A DNA stretch of 24,013 nucleotides, from positions 1 to 24,013 of the IMG/VR virus record IMGVR_UViG_3300032235_000610; one strand, written 5' to 3'. Positions 6,908 to 14,763 of the stretch are shown piece after piece. Both the position numbers and the translations under genes were made by a program. Position 1 is the first letter of the stretch. The number at the start of each line of letters is the position of its first letter. The stretch comes from a virus (taxonomy: Duplodnaviria; Caudoviricetes). A model generated the notes under the pieces. It was not told the origin of the DNA. It did not search any database and saw nothing but the letters and a program-made list of their open reading frames with translations.

Positions 6908-7369
6908 ATGAAAAGAATACTAGAAATAATTAAAAGAGTCGATAATGATTCTATTGGTTTGTTTTTATTAAAAGAAGAAGAAGATCCTATTCGTAAGATT
7001 GATGTCTTTATAACTCCTGAAAGAAATAGTTGGTTAAGAACTGGAAGAGTCATAATGGAAAAAATAAAAAGTGAAGATTACAGAAAAGTAGTTGCATTTA
7101 GTATAGATGCTACTCCTGTGATTTCTCTTAAATCCTTTGATGTTCATTATTTAAGAGAATCTATTAAAAATGGTTTTCTATTTTTGGAAGTTGAATGTAG
7201 AGAAGATGGTTATCCAGAACTTAAGGATGGTCAGTTAATTATATATAAACAATTAAGTTATCTTGTACCTAACATTACTCCAGCAGAGGCTTTAGAAAGA
7301 ATCAAACAATTAAATGAAAACTTTACAAATAATCACAAACTTACTCCAGGACTACACGAAAGCTCTTGA
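6908..7369 (+). CDS. hypothetical protein
   Basis: ORF abutting the upstream stop codon. Confidence 0.7.
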   Translation: MKRILEIIKRVDNDSIGLFLLKEEEDPIRKIDVFITPERNSWLRTGRVIMEKIKSEDYRKVVAFSIDATPVISLKSFDVHYLRESIKNGFLFLEVECREDGYPELKDGQLIIYKQLSYLVPNITPAEALERIKQLNENFTNNHKLTPGLHESS

Positions 7370-7658
7370 TGAAGTAAAAACAAAATCATTGACAAATAGT
7401 TTGGAATATCTTTCCGATAACTATCTACACAGAGGTATTTGCTGGGCACTTATATTTAAGTATGCTGCAGGCATTGAATTATACCTTGATTATTTACCAG
7501 AAACAATGCATGACATTCATGATTTCTGGTTTACTCCTCCTTTTAAATGTAATCAACAATCACATTTAATTGATATACTTGAAAAAAGAATTGAAATCTT
7601 AACAACAATCAAAAATAAAATGGAACAATCACAGCAAATGGAGGGTGTAACACAATGA
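7314..7658 (+). CDS. hypothetical protein
   Basis: ORF with A-rich start; overlaps the upstream gene by 56 nt. Confidence 0.65.
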   Translation: MKTLQIITNLLQDYTKALDEVKTKSLTNSLEYLSDNYLHRGICWALIFKYAAGIELYLDYLPETMHDIHDFWFTPPFKCNQQSHLIDILEKRIEILTTIKNKMEQSQQMEGVTQ

Positions 7659-8092
7659 GTTACGGAATAGTATTTAACATCAAGGATGAAATATTTCTCT
7701 TGACAAGGCCTAATGGAGAATTTTTAGCATTTCAGGATGTAGAAACAAGTGCAAAGTATATGGCCGAGATCGCAAGTAAGAATGCTGAAGTAAATGGACC
7801 TTTTGCTTGTATAATATTTCTTACTACAGTTGATATAGGATTAATTAAATATCCTAGAATCCCTAAAAACTTATCGAAATATCTGGAGGATTATAATCCG
7901 GAAACAAATGCATCCAAACTCTATTGTCATGGAATTGCAGGAGTTAAAATGTTTGGTTTAAAAGTTAAAGAATCAATTAGTAGATTAAAATATGTACCAC
8001 CAAGAGAAGATAAAGCTGAATCTAAACCTGCTGAACCAGAAAGTCCAAAAGCTGCGTCAGATAGCCAAGATCCGTATGAAAAAAGAGACTAA
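7655..8092 (+). CDS. hypothetical protein
   Basis: ATGA overlap; low-complexity C-terminal tail. Confidence 0.7.
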   Translation: MSYGIVFNIKDEIFLLTRPNGEFLAFQDVETSAKYMAEIASKNAEVNGPFACIIFLTTVDIGLIKYPRIPKNLSKYLEDYNPETNASKLYCHGIAGVKMFGLKVKESISRLKYVPPREDKAESKPAEPESPKAASDSQDPYEKRD

Positions 8093-8119
8093 TCACATTG
8101 ATAGACATATGTTTTTCTT

Positions 8120-8230
8120 ATGAATGGATTTGACATTATCACATTAATTTTCATAGTAGCAATTTTAATCTATGGGTACTTTTTCGCAAAAAAAGAAGAC
8201 GACGACATCTACAAAGGAAAAAGATATTAG
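8120..8230 (+). CDS. 36-aa single-TM protein (not in ORF track)
   Basis: MNGFDIITLIFIVAILIYGYFFAKKEDDDIYKGKRY. Confidence 0.55.
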   Translation: MNGFDIITLIFIVAILIYGYFFAKKEDDDIYKGKRY

Positions 8231-8253
8231 TTTATATTTTGGAAGATTTTCCA

Positions 8254-8283
8254 TTGCAGATATAGAATTAATTACTAAATTTG
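8254..8283 (+). promoter_or_regulatory. Bacteroidota housekeeping-sigma promoter upstream of the tmRNA
   Basis: TTG (8254-56), 19-nt spacer, TAAATTTG (8276-83), matching the -33/-7 TAnnTTTG consensus. Confidence 0.65.
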
Positions 8284-8292
8284 ACAAAAAGA

Positions 8293-8318
8293 AGCAGAGG
8301 GTTAAATAGCCCTCTGCT
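8293..8318. other. stable hairpin in the tmRNA leader (possible minus-strand terminator)
   Basis: AGCAGAGGG/CCCTCTGCT 9-bp stem; an A run on its 5' side gives a T tract on the minus strand. Confidence 0.5.
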
Positions 8319-8326
8319 GTAAAAAT

Positions 8327-8686
8327 GGGCCATACCTGGAATTGACAGCTGATATTGGGTAAATCAACAGGTAGTGAGAGGGTACTAACTCACTTTAATC
8401 AAGTATTCAAAAGTTAAAAGGCGAAACTAATGTTTCTTCTATGACCTTCGAAGATGCTATGGCATTCGTTGGTGCTAACACTGAAGTGTTGGCCTAGTCA
8501 TCTGGTGATCACTACCATGGAACCTAAAGTGATAAAATGTTTCTTTGTTTCATAAAACAAAGTGGTGGAAAGTTAACCGCTGGTTAGCCCCAAGTTTCGG
8601 AGTATTCATAAATACTGTCCTAAACCTGTAAATAATTGATTTATTGCAAGTTAGTCTGGACGAGGGTTCGATTCCCTCATGGTCCA
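8327..8686 (+). ncRNA. ssrA: tmRNA (transfer-messenger RNA)
   Basis: 5' GGGCCATACCTGGAATTGACAG; 3' GGAC-GAGGG-TTCGATT-CCCTC-ATGGTCC-A; acceptor with G3-U70 Ala determinant; 360 nt; internal tag ORF. Confidence 0.93.
8420..8497 (+). other. tmRNA tag reading frame (A)GETNVSSMTFEDAMAFVGANTEVLA*
   Basis: Resume codon GGC after TTAAAA; GE start as in Bacteroidota tags; TAG stop. Confidence 0.75.
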
Positions 8687-8708
8687 CTAGTTGTGATTAT
8701 CTAGGGTA

Positions 8709-8766
8709 TCCCTTATAGCTTATGTCGGTAAAGCCTAGGAACTGAGTTCGAATCTCAGTAAGGGAA
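8709..8766 (+). ncRNA. anticodon-arm-less mini-tRNA (58 nt)
   Basis: Acceptor TCCCTTA/TAAGGGA, D arm GCTT-ATGTCGGTA-AAGC, 7-nt linker CTAGGAA, T arm CTGAG-TTCGAAT-CTCAG. Confidence 0.8.
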
Positions 8767-8768
8767 CT

Positions 8769-8933
8769 ATGTTTAAAGTAACTACATTAATAATCTTTAT
8801 TATTATTTCTAAAGAGAAATATAATGAAAAAACTTACAAATACTTTGGTAAAACAGACCAAGGTGAGACTTATTACTATTTTAGTACTGATAGTACTCTA
8901 AATCAAAACGACACACTTAAATTACCATTTTAA
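8769..8933 (+). CDS. small hypothetical protein (not in ORF track)
   Basis: 54-aa ORF MFKVTTLIIF... Confidence 0.5.
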   Translation: MFKVTTLIIFIIISKEKYNEKTYKYFGKTDQGETYYYFSTDSTLNQNDTLKLPF

Positions 8934-8934
8934 A

Positions 8935-9042
8935 ATGAATTTAAAAATTACACCTAAAGAAATCGTAACTATTAAAAAGAAAGGTATTGACCTTGAAGCA
9001 TTCCAAGAAGTTAGAAGAAATTGGAGTAAAGAAATTAAATAA
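8935..9042 (+). CDS. small hypothetical protein (not in ORF track)
   Basis: 35-aa ORF MNLKITPKEIV..., AAAATG start. Confidence 0.5.
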   Translation: MNLKITPKEIVTIKKKGIDLEAFQEVRRNWSKEIK

Positions 9043-9058
9043 ATAGTACTTAATCAAC

Positions 9059-9265
9059 ATGACAAATTTAACACAAATCATTGATGAGTTATTAGACTCT
9101 GCAGACAAACTCAAGGATATTAACCTTGACCAGATTAAATTAATGGAAAGGTATAAAGTCCTATCCGAGTTAGATGCCGACCCAAAAAGTAAGCATAGAA
9201 TGCATATCAAAATCAACAATATGATGCTTAAAACCATTAAAGAACTTCAAAAGTATGAGCAATAA
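9059..9265 (+). CDS. hypothetical protein
   Basis: Helical ORF overlapping the next gene. Confidence 0.65.
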   Translation: MTNLTQIIDELLDSADKLKDINLDQIKLMERYKVLSELDADPKSKHRMHIKINNMMLKTIKELQKYEQ

Positions 9266-9476
9266 ACAACAAACGGCAACGGAATGGTTTTTTGAACAAG
9301 TATGTAACCTTGATTGGAAGAACTTAAATGGAAGGGAAAAGGTATTAATATTTCAGAAAGCCAAAGCAATGGAGAAAGAGCAGATGATTAATGTCATACT
9401 TGATAATAGAAACAATACAAGTCAAGTTACATTTAAAGACCCAGAACAATACTACCAACAAACCTATGGAGAATAA
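9255..9476 (+). CDS. TAVEWL/AKEMEKEQ-family phage hypothetical protein
   Basis: QTATEWF ... AKAMEKEQM ... EQYYQQTY; paralogues nearby. Confidence 0.75.
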   Translation: MSNKQQTATEWFFEQVCNLDWKNLNGREKVLIFQKAKAMEKEQMINVILDNRNNTSQVTFKDPEQYYQQTYGE

Positions 9477-9756
9477 AATAGAAACACCCTTGCAAAGGCA
9501 ATTAGCATATTTAGATAGTTTAATTATTGATTGTGAAAATATAATTAAGCAAACAAATGGAGATATTTTTCCATTGATAGTTATGACAACTCAAGCGATG
9601 CAAACTGCTTATAAAATAGCAAGAACAAATTTACTTATAGAACTCCCCTACGAGAGAGAGGTGATAATTAATACTTACCACATTAACCCGACAGAAACAA
9701 AGTGGGGAAATATTGGGGTAGAATACTACAAAGAAACATTTGGAGACCATAAGTAA
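9466..9756 (+). CDS. divergent member of the same family
   Basis: Start moved to 9466 (MENKIETP); EREVIINTY ... EYYKETFG C-terminus. Confidence 0.65.
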   Translation: MENKIETPLQRQLAYLDSLIIDCENIIKQTNGDIFPLIVMTTQAMQTAYKIARTNLLIELPYEREVIINTYHINPTETKWGNIGVEYYKETFGDHK

Positions 9757-9760
9757 GTAA

Positions 9761-9773
9761 CGTATATTCACAC
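9761..9773 (+). repeat. leader motif CGTAYATTCACAC, copy 1
   Basis: CGTATATTCACAC just before ATG 9775; repeated at 10070-10082. Confidence 0.55.
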
Positions 9774-9774
9774 T

Positions 9775-10065
9775 ATGAAATACAAGAATAAATTTCAAAT
9801 AAAGGCAGAAACATTCATTGACAATGTGATTGAAAAATCAAGAAAATCTTATGATGTTTTAATGATGCATTTAGAAAGTAAAATTGAAGATTGGAGTTTT
9901 GAGTATCGTAAACTTTCTCTTATTAATGTGTTTGAGTTAACAAATGAGGAACACGAAAGAAAATTTTATTTAGATCATCTAATTTCGTATGGTGAAAGAT
10001 TAGTAAATCAAAGAAAATTTTACAAAAAAGAGAAAGTTTGTAAATGTTGTGGAAAAACAAAATAA
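9775..10065 (+). CDS. hypothetical protein with C-terminal CKCCG motif
   Basis: ORF lying between the two leader repeats. Confidence 0.7.
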   Translation: MKYKNKFQIKAETFIDNVIEKSRKSYDVLMMHLESKIEDWSFEYRKLSLINVFELTNEEHERKFYLDHLISYGERLVNQRKFYKKEKVCKCCGKTK

Positions 10066-10069
10066 AGTT

Positions 10070-10082
10070 CGTACATTCACAC
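10070..10082 (+). repeat. leader motif CGTAYATTCACAC, copy 2
   Basis: CGTACATTCACAC just before ATG 10086. Confidence 0.55.
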
Positions 10083-10085
10083 AAT

Positions 10086-10310
10086 ATGAAAGATAATAAA
10101 ACAGCAGTAAAATGGTTATTGGAGGAATTGGGTAGGTATTGGAATGGCGAAAGTAATATGACCTACCGACAAATTAAGGATAAAGCCAAAGAAATGGAGA
10201 AAGAACAAATAGCAGAAGCATATTATATTGGTGATAAAAACGGATGCGGATGCTATGATTATTGTACTAAAGAAGATTCAGAACAATATTACAAAGAAAC
10301 TTATGAGTAA
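10086..10310 (+). CDS. TAVEWL/AKEMEKEQ-family phage hypothetical protein
   Basis: KTAVKWL ... AKEMEKEQIAEAY ... EQYYKETY; start moved to 10086. Confidence 0.75.
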   Translation: MKDNKTAVKWLLEELGRYWNGESNMTYRQIKDKAKEMEKEQIAEAYYIGDKNGCGCYDYCTKEDSEQYYKETYE

Positions 10311-10455
10311 TAAACAAACAATGAGGCAAAAAATGAAAAAGTTTTTAAATTGGTACAAAGAGGATACTCCTGTTTTAGCAATGTCAAATAAGCAGATGGT
10401 TTGGTTTGCTATTATTTCATTAATAGCTGCGATAATTAAAATTAAAACATTATGA
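10303..10455 (+). CDS. small membrane protein
   Basis: Start moved to 10303 (MSNKQTM); C-terminal TM segment. Confidence 0.55.
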   Translation: MSNKQTMRQKMKKFLNWYKEDTPVLAMSNKQMVWFAIISLIAAIIKIKTL

Positions 10456-10712
10456 GTAAAAAAATGACACCTGTAGAATGGTTACTTGACCAAATGTTTA
10501 ACAAGAAAGAGTTGAAAATCATAAGTACTCATACATTTCACATTTCCAATGAACTAGCTAACAAGGCTAAAGAAATGGAAAACTCAATTATTAAATCTTG
10601 GAAAGATGAAGAAAAGATTTGGATTAAGCAATTAGAAGAAAAGGATAGAGAAATAAAAGCTTTGAAACATAAGCTTCAACTTTATAACAACAAACATAGA
10701 CCTTTAAAATGA
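10452..10712 (+). CDS. TAVEWL/AKEME-family protein with coiled-coil tail
   Basis: MTPVEWL ... AKEMEN. Confidence 0.7.
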   Translation: MSKKMTPVEWLLDQMFNKKELKIISTHTFHISNELANKAKEMENSIIKSWKDEEKIWIKQLEEKDREIKALKHKLQLYNNKHRPLK

Positions 10713-11221
10713 AAGTAGTAAAAATTAAAAAGGATTTGTCTCATGTAGACATTACCTTACTAAACAAGTTTAAGACTGTTAGTTTATATCTGCTTAGTAC
10801 AGTAGTTATTATATTATCAGTTGCGTTTACCACAATTAGACCTGATGTAATTAAATACAAAGGCAGTCATACTGTGGACACTATATACCTACAAGAAGTT
10901 GACATTCCTTTAACTGATTCTGCTATTACAGTGGAGTTAATTAGACAGGATTGTATTCTACCAAATGTAGCCTTGGCTCAAATGAAAATTGAAACAGGCA
11001 ATTTTAAATCTGCAATTTGTAAAGAAAACAAAAACATAGCAGGTATTAGAACATCAAAATCTAAGTATGTAGCTGGAATGAACAGAGGACATTGTTCTTA
11101 TAAGTCTTATAAAGACTGTATTAAGGATTATGTTAGAGTTCAGAATAGATACCTTAAGAATATTGATGGTAAGTATGCTGAAGCAAACGGTTACATTGAA
11201 ACTTTAAAAAAAGTTAAGTAA
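10709..11221 (+). CDS. membrane-anchored glucosaminidase (GH73-like) cell wall hydrolase
   Basis: ALAQMKIETG ... NIAGIR ... Y ... YAE motifs; N-terminal TM helix. Confidence 0.7.
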   Translation: MKVVKIKKDLSHVDITLLNKFKTVSLYLLSTVVIILSVAFTTIRPDVIKYKGSHTVDTIYLQEVDIPLTDSAITVELIRQDCILPNVALAQMKIETGNFKSAICKENKNIAGIRTSKSKYVAGMNRGHCSYKSYKDCIKDYVRVQNRYLKNIDGKYAEANGYIETLKKVK

Positions 11222-11253
11222 TATTATTGTACCACCATTTATTAAAAAGAAAG

Positions 11254-11508
11254 ATGATAAATAAATTTTTAGACTGGTTATTTCCAAGTTCAGATTGGAG
11301 ATTAGTTGAAGTAATACAAGGAGAATGGACAATTACTAACTACGGTTATGGTAATCCATATAAAAGTGCAGAAACATCTGTTTATGAGATTTATTATTCT
11401 CAATCCAAGAATGATTATCAACTTCAAGTATCGGGTTATAAACCCAAAGAACATGATAAGTATGTCATTGCAGTTAAAAAATTAAACGAGTTAAAAAATA
11501 CAAAATAA
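11254..11508 (+). CDS. hypothetical protein
   Basis: Start moved to ATG 11254. Confidence 0.65.
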   Translation: MINKFLDWLFPSSDWRLVEVIQGEWTITNYGYGNPYKSAETSVYEIYYSQSKNDYQLQVSGYKPKEHDKYVIAVKKLNELKNTK

Positions 11509-11510
11509 TC

Positions 11511-12134
11511 ATGCCCGACCTGTCAATGTGTGAAGGTAAAGAATGTCCTCTTAAAGAGACATGTTACCGATTTAAAGCAGTACCAAATGAGTACAGACAA
11601 TCTTATTTTAAAGAACCACCTTTTAAAGATGGTGAATGTAAGTATTATTGGAAAGATGATGGAAGTTTAAAAACAAATGAATCTATGAACTGGACTGAAT
11701 ACTTTCTAAACATCGCAGAAGTAGTCAAACAGAAGTCAAAAGATAAGAGTACTCAAATTGGAGCGGTTATAGCCGGTAGTGGGAATGCAGTCCTTTCTAC
11801 TGGTTATAACTCGTTTCCTAGAGGTATCAATGATAATGTTGATGAAAGACAAGAAAGACCAGAAAAATATTTTTGGTTTGAACATGCCGAGAGAAATGCA
11901 ATAATTAATGCAGCTCGTATAGGTGTGTCCTTACTTAATTCTAGTATATATGTTACATCAGGTATTCCTTGTTGTGATTGTACTAGAGCAATTATTAGCT
12001 CTGGTATATCCAGAGTGTACTGTAAGAAAACTGATACAACAGCAAATAGATCTTTATGGGATGAGCATGCTATCAGAAGCTTACAAATGTTTAAAGAAGC
12101 AAAAGTAGAAGTAATTTATTATGATAACAAATAA
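11511..12134 (+). CDS. dCMP deaminase with N-terminal Cys-rich extension
   Basis: SKDKSTQIGAVI, TGYNSFPRG, HAERNAI and PCCDC zinc motifs; core domain begins at M59 (11685). Confidence 0.9.
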   Translation: MPDLSMCEGKECPLKETCYRFKAVPNEYRQSYFKEPPFKDGECKYYWKDDGSLKTNESMNWTEYFLNIAEVVKQKSKDKSTQIGAVIAGSGNAVLSTGYNSFPRGINDNVDERQERPEKYFWFEHAERNAIINAARIGVSLLNSSIYVTSGIPCCDCTRAIISSGISRVYCKKTDTTANRSLWDEHAIRSLQMFKEAKVEVIYYDNK

Positions 12135-12732
12135 AATAATATTTCCTGAATTTACAGGAATAAAATGTAATATGATGCCTTTTATACAAGGCGATTCTAA
12201 TTCTTTACCGAATGAATATAAACCTTATTTTCAAATAATTAATCAAAATTACTTAGAAAAAGGAGAAATAGGATTTTTAACAATTGATGAATCTTTTGTT
12301 AATGCTAACTCTTCTCAAAGAGGTTATAACTCTAAAGGTATCTCTAGAAATGTACATATTGAAGTAGGAAGACATTCTGACATTAATTGTTGGGGCAGTG
12401 GTAGTGGAAGTTCCTGGGGTGGTAGAAGAAGTACAATATTAGAAGATGATACTATGGTATTAATTTCTAATAGTATATCTGATACTTGCAGAGTTTGGAA
12501 TATTATCGAAAAGTCTTTTACTAAAGATGGAGACTTATCAAATTACATTGATAAATATCCTGAAAATACTGGTATAAATCTTAAAGCTGGGGAAGTTGCG
12601 AAAATTAGCATTTTTACTCCTCATGAATGTATCTCTCAAAAAGCATCTTCTAATAGACAATTTTTTAGAATTGTTGGAAAAGGTGTTTATGGTAGAGAAA
12701 ATTATTTTACAATTAATCCTAAATTATTATGA
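12121..12732 (+). CDS. putative 2OG-Fe(II) oxygenase-fold protein
   Basis: HIE ... HE ... RQFFR arrangement fits HxD/E...H...R of double-stranded beta-helix dioxygenases. Confidence 0.45.
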   Translation: MITNKIIFPEFTGIKCNMMPFIQGDSNSLPNEYKPYFQIINQNYLEKGEIGFLTIDESFVNANSSQRGYNSKGISRNVHIEVGRHSDINCWGSGSGSSWGGRRSTILEDDTMVLISNSISDTCRVWNIIEKSFTKDGDLSNYIDKYPENTGINLKAGEVAKISIFTPHECISQKASSNRQFFRIVGKGVYGRENYFTINPKLL

Positions 12733-13133
12733 TTGAACCACATTATGCAACCTTTAATCAAGCCAAGTGGCTTAAAGAAATTGGATTTAACTATCATAAA
12801 ATATTTCAGGCCTTTGCAAGTTATTACGATTATTATGATAAAGATGTACAAGGAAGATGTCATGAAAGTGATTTTTCAGAAGAAGTATTTCCAGATGATA
12901 AATGGATTCCTGTACCTGAACATTGGCAAGTAGTTGAATGGTTAAGAGTTAATCATGGTATTGATATATTCACACCAAAAATTAAAGGTGAATATTTTTA
13001 TGACATTTGGAAAGACATTAACGAAGTTGGTTTTTATAATGAAAGAATAGTTTTTTCTCATAAAGGGTTTAAAACACCACAAGAAGCCTATTCAGCAGCA
13101 TTTGATTGGATTAAAGACAAGAATTTGATATGA
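12729..13133 (+). CDS. phage hypothetical protein (AKxLKExGF family)
   Basis: AKWLKEIGF ... PEHWQVVEWLR ... TPQEAY; paralogue of 13596. Confidence 0.75.
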   Translation: MIEPHYATFNQAKWLKEIGFNYHKIFQAFASYYDYYDKDVQGRCHESDFSEEVFPDDKWIPVPEHWQVVEWLRVNHGIDIFTPKIKGEYFYDIWKDINEVGFYNERIVFSHKGFKTPQEAYSAAFDWIKDKNLI

Positions 13134-13342
13134 AGTATATAACAAAGCTTAAATTAGCGGCAGTACATCAATTATGTGATGCCGAAGACAAATCTACTGA
13201 ATACATGTATCAGCTTATGCAAGATACTGCTAAAGTAGATCTAGATACTGTAAACAATTATATGATGAATGAAAACCATTCTCAATTGTTTCAAGAAGTA
13301 AATGAACTAACTGAAATTTTTATAGATTTATCCATAGAGTAA
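13130..13342 (+). CDS. hypothetical protein
   Basis: ATGA overlap. Confidence 0.7.
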   Translation: MKYITKLKLAAVHQLCDAEDKSTEYMYQLMQDTAKVDLDTVNNYMMNENHSQLFQEVNELTEIFIDLSIE

Positions 13343-13596
13343 TGGGTACAATACCAATAGCTGAAGAAGTATTACGAAAATATAACATTGTAGTAAATAA
13401 GACTGATACTATGTCATACACTGTAAAAGCAAACTGTAAAGAAGCAATGATTGAATTTGCTAAGTTACACGTAGAAGCAGCTTTAAAAGCAGCAAGTGAA
13501 AATGCTGATACCCTAAAAGGTGAAGTGTATGCGTCAAAAGGTGCTATTAATAAAGATTCTATTTTAAACTCTTACCCTTTAGACAATATTAAGTAA
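13342..13596 (+). CDS. conserved phage hypothetical protein
   Basis: AMIEFAKLHVEAALKAASE ... SILNSYPLDNIK; TAATG coupling. Confidence 0.75.
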   Translation: MGTIPIAEEVLRKYNIVVNKTDTMSYTVKANCKEAMIEFAKLHVEAALKAASENADTLKGEVYASKGAINKDSILNSYPLDNIK

Positions 13597-13904
13597 TGGA
13601 AAAAGAATTTTTACCATACGCAGAGGCGTTAGAATTAAAAGAATTAGGCTTTAATGAGCCTTGCTTGGGTTGTTTTGAAAATGACGAAGAAGATAGTTTC
13701 TATTTATTTGAAAAAGGATTTATAGAAAATACCAATGACTACTATAACGAAGAGGTTTGCGCACCATTATACCAACAAGCATTTAGATGGTTATATCAAA
13801 AATTAGGTATTGAAAAAGGTATAATGCCTTTAGACACTGAATCTCAACAGTTATTATTAAAAGAATTAATAGACAAAGTGTCATCTAAACACTTGTTGGT
13901 ATAG
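13596..13904 (+). CDS. phage hypothetical protein (ALELKELGF family), C-terminus apparently replaced
   Basis: EKEFLPYAEALELKELGFNEPC ... APLYQQAFRW. Confidence 0.7.
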   Translation: MEKEFLPYAEALELKELGFNEPCLGCFENDEEDSFYLFEKGFIENTNDYYNEEVCAPLYQQAFRWLYQKLGIEKGIMPLDTESQQLLLKELIDKVSSKHLLV

Positions 13905-13923
13905 CTTTTGTAGTGTATATAGT

Positions 13924-14568
13924 ATGAAAACATACATATACATACTTAGACATCCTGAAACTTTTGAAGTAAAGTATGTTGGCAAAACTAATAATATAAA
14001 AAGAAGATTTGCTCAACATAAAAGTAAAAAGTGTTTGGAAAAAACAGGAAGTAAAAAATTAGCTTCTTGGATACTTAAACTATTGTCAAATGACCTACTT
14101 CCTATAATAGAAATTATTGAGGAATGTAAAAATAACTGGGCAGAAAGAGAGAAATATTGGATTTCCTATTATTCTAACACTAACCTCTGTAATTTGTCAG
14201 AGGGTGGTGAAGGAGTAGGTCATAATGATTCTACTAAAAGTAAAATTAAAAATGCTTTAACTGGTAGAAAAAGAAGTGATGAAGAAAAACAAGCAATATC
14301 TAAAGCAATGACAGGTGTAAAAAGAGGTAAATATACTAATACAGAAGGTCATAAAAAAAGATATGAGAATTTAGAAGAAAGAAAAAAATGTGCTACAAAA
14401 CTTAGAAAAAAAGTAGGACAATATGATTTAGAAAACAATTTAATACAAGAATTTGAATCTTTGAGAGAAACTTCAAGACAACTTGATATAGATTGTGGTT
14501 CTATTTCTAAATGTTGTAGAGGTACGAAATATCAATCTGTCAATGGATTTGTATTTAAGTATCATTAA
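13924..14568 (+). CDS. GIY-YIG homing endonuclease with NUMOD3/NUMOD1-like C-terminus
   Basis: YIY...YVGKT...RF..H, E..WI, NLSEGGEG; RKRSDEEKQAIS (NUMOD3-like); VGQYDLENNLIQEFES (NUMOD1-like). Confidence 0.9.
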   Translation: MKTYIYILRHPETFEVKYVGKTNNIKRRFAQHKSKKCLEKTGSKKLASWILKLLSNDLLPIIEIIEECKNNWAEREKYWISYYSNTNLCNLSEGGEGVGHNDSTKSKIKNALTGRKRSDEEKQAISKAMTGVKRGKYTNTEGHKKRYENLEERKKCATKLRKKVGQYDLENNLIQEFESLRETSRQLDIDCGSISKCCRGTKYQSVNGFVFKYH

Positions 14569-14570
14569 AA

Positions 14571-14669
14571 CCCTACGAAGAAGCTGAACTTGCTTGTTTA
14601 AGAAAATTAATTGAAATAGCTAAAAATGCCGAAACAAAGAATTCCAAGAAAGGAAAAGAAGAAAGTTAA
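14571..14669 (+). pseudogene. orphaned 3' end of an ALELKELGF-family gene
   Basis: Startless frame PYEEAELACLRKLIEIAKN..., matching the usual family C-terminus (compare TPQEAYSAAF in 12729). Confidence 0.55.
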
Positions 14670-14763
14670 AAAAGAGTTTAATTACATAGAACACTTTGAA
14701 AAAAATTTTATTAACCTATATTATATCCAAAAAAAATCAAAACAAAAATGTCCGACAAATTAA
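14626..14763 (+). CDS. small basic protein (not in ORF track)
   Basis: 45 aa, MPKQRIPRKEKKK..., AAAAATG start. Confidence 0.45.
   Translation: MPKQRIPRKEKKKVKKEFNYIEHFEKNFINLYYIQKKSKQKCPTN

Noticed and set aside
13790-14570. Group I intron around the GIY-YIG gene
   Set aside because: No P3/P4/P7 core is visible and there is no room for intron RNA downstream of the ORF
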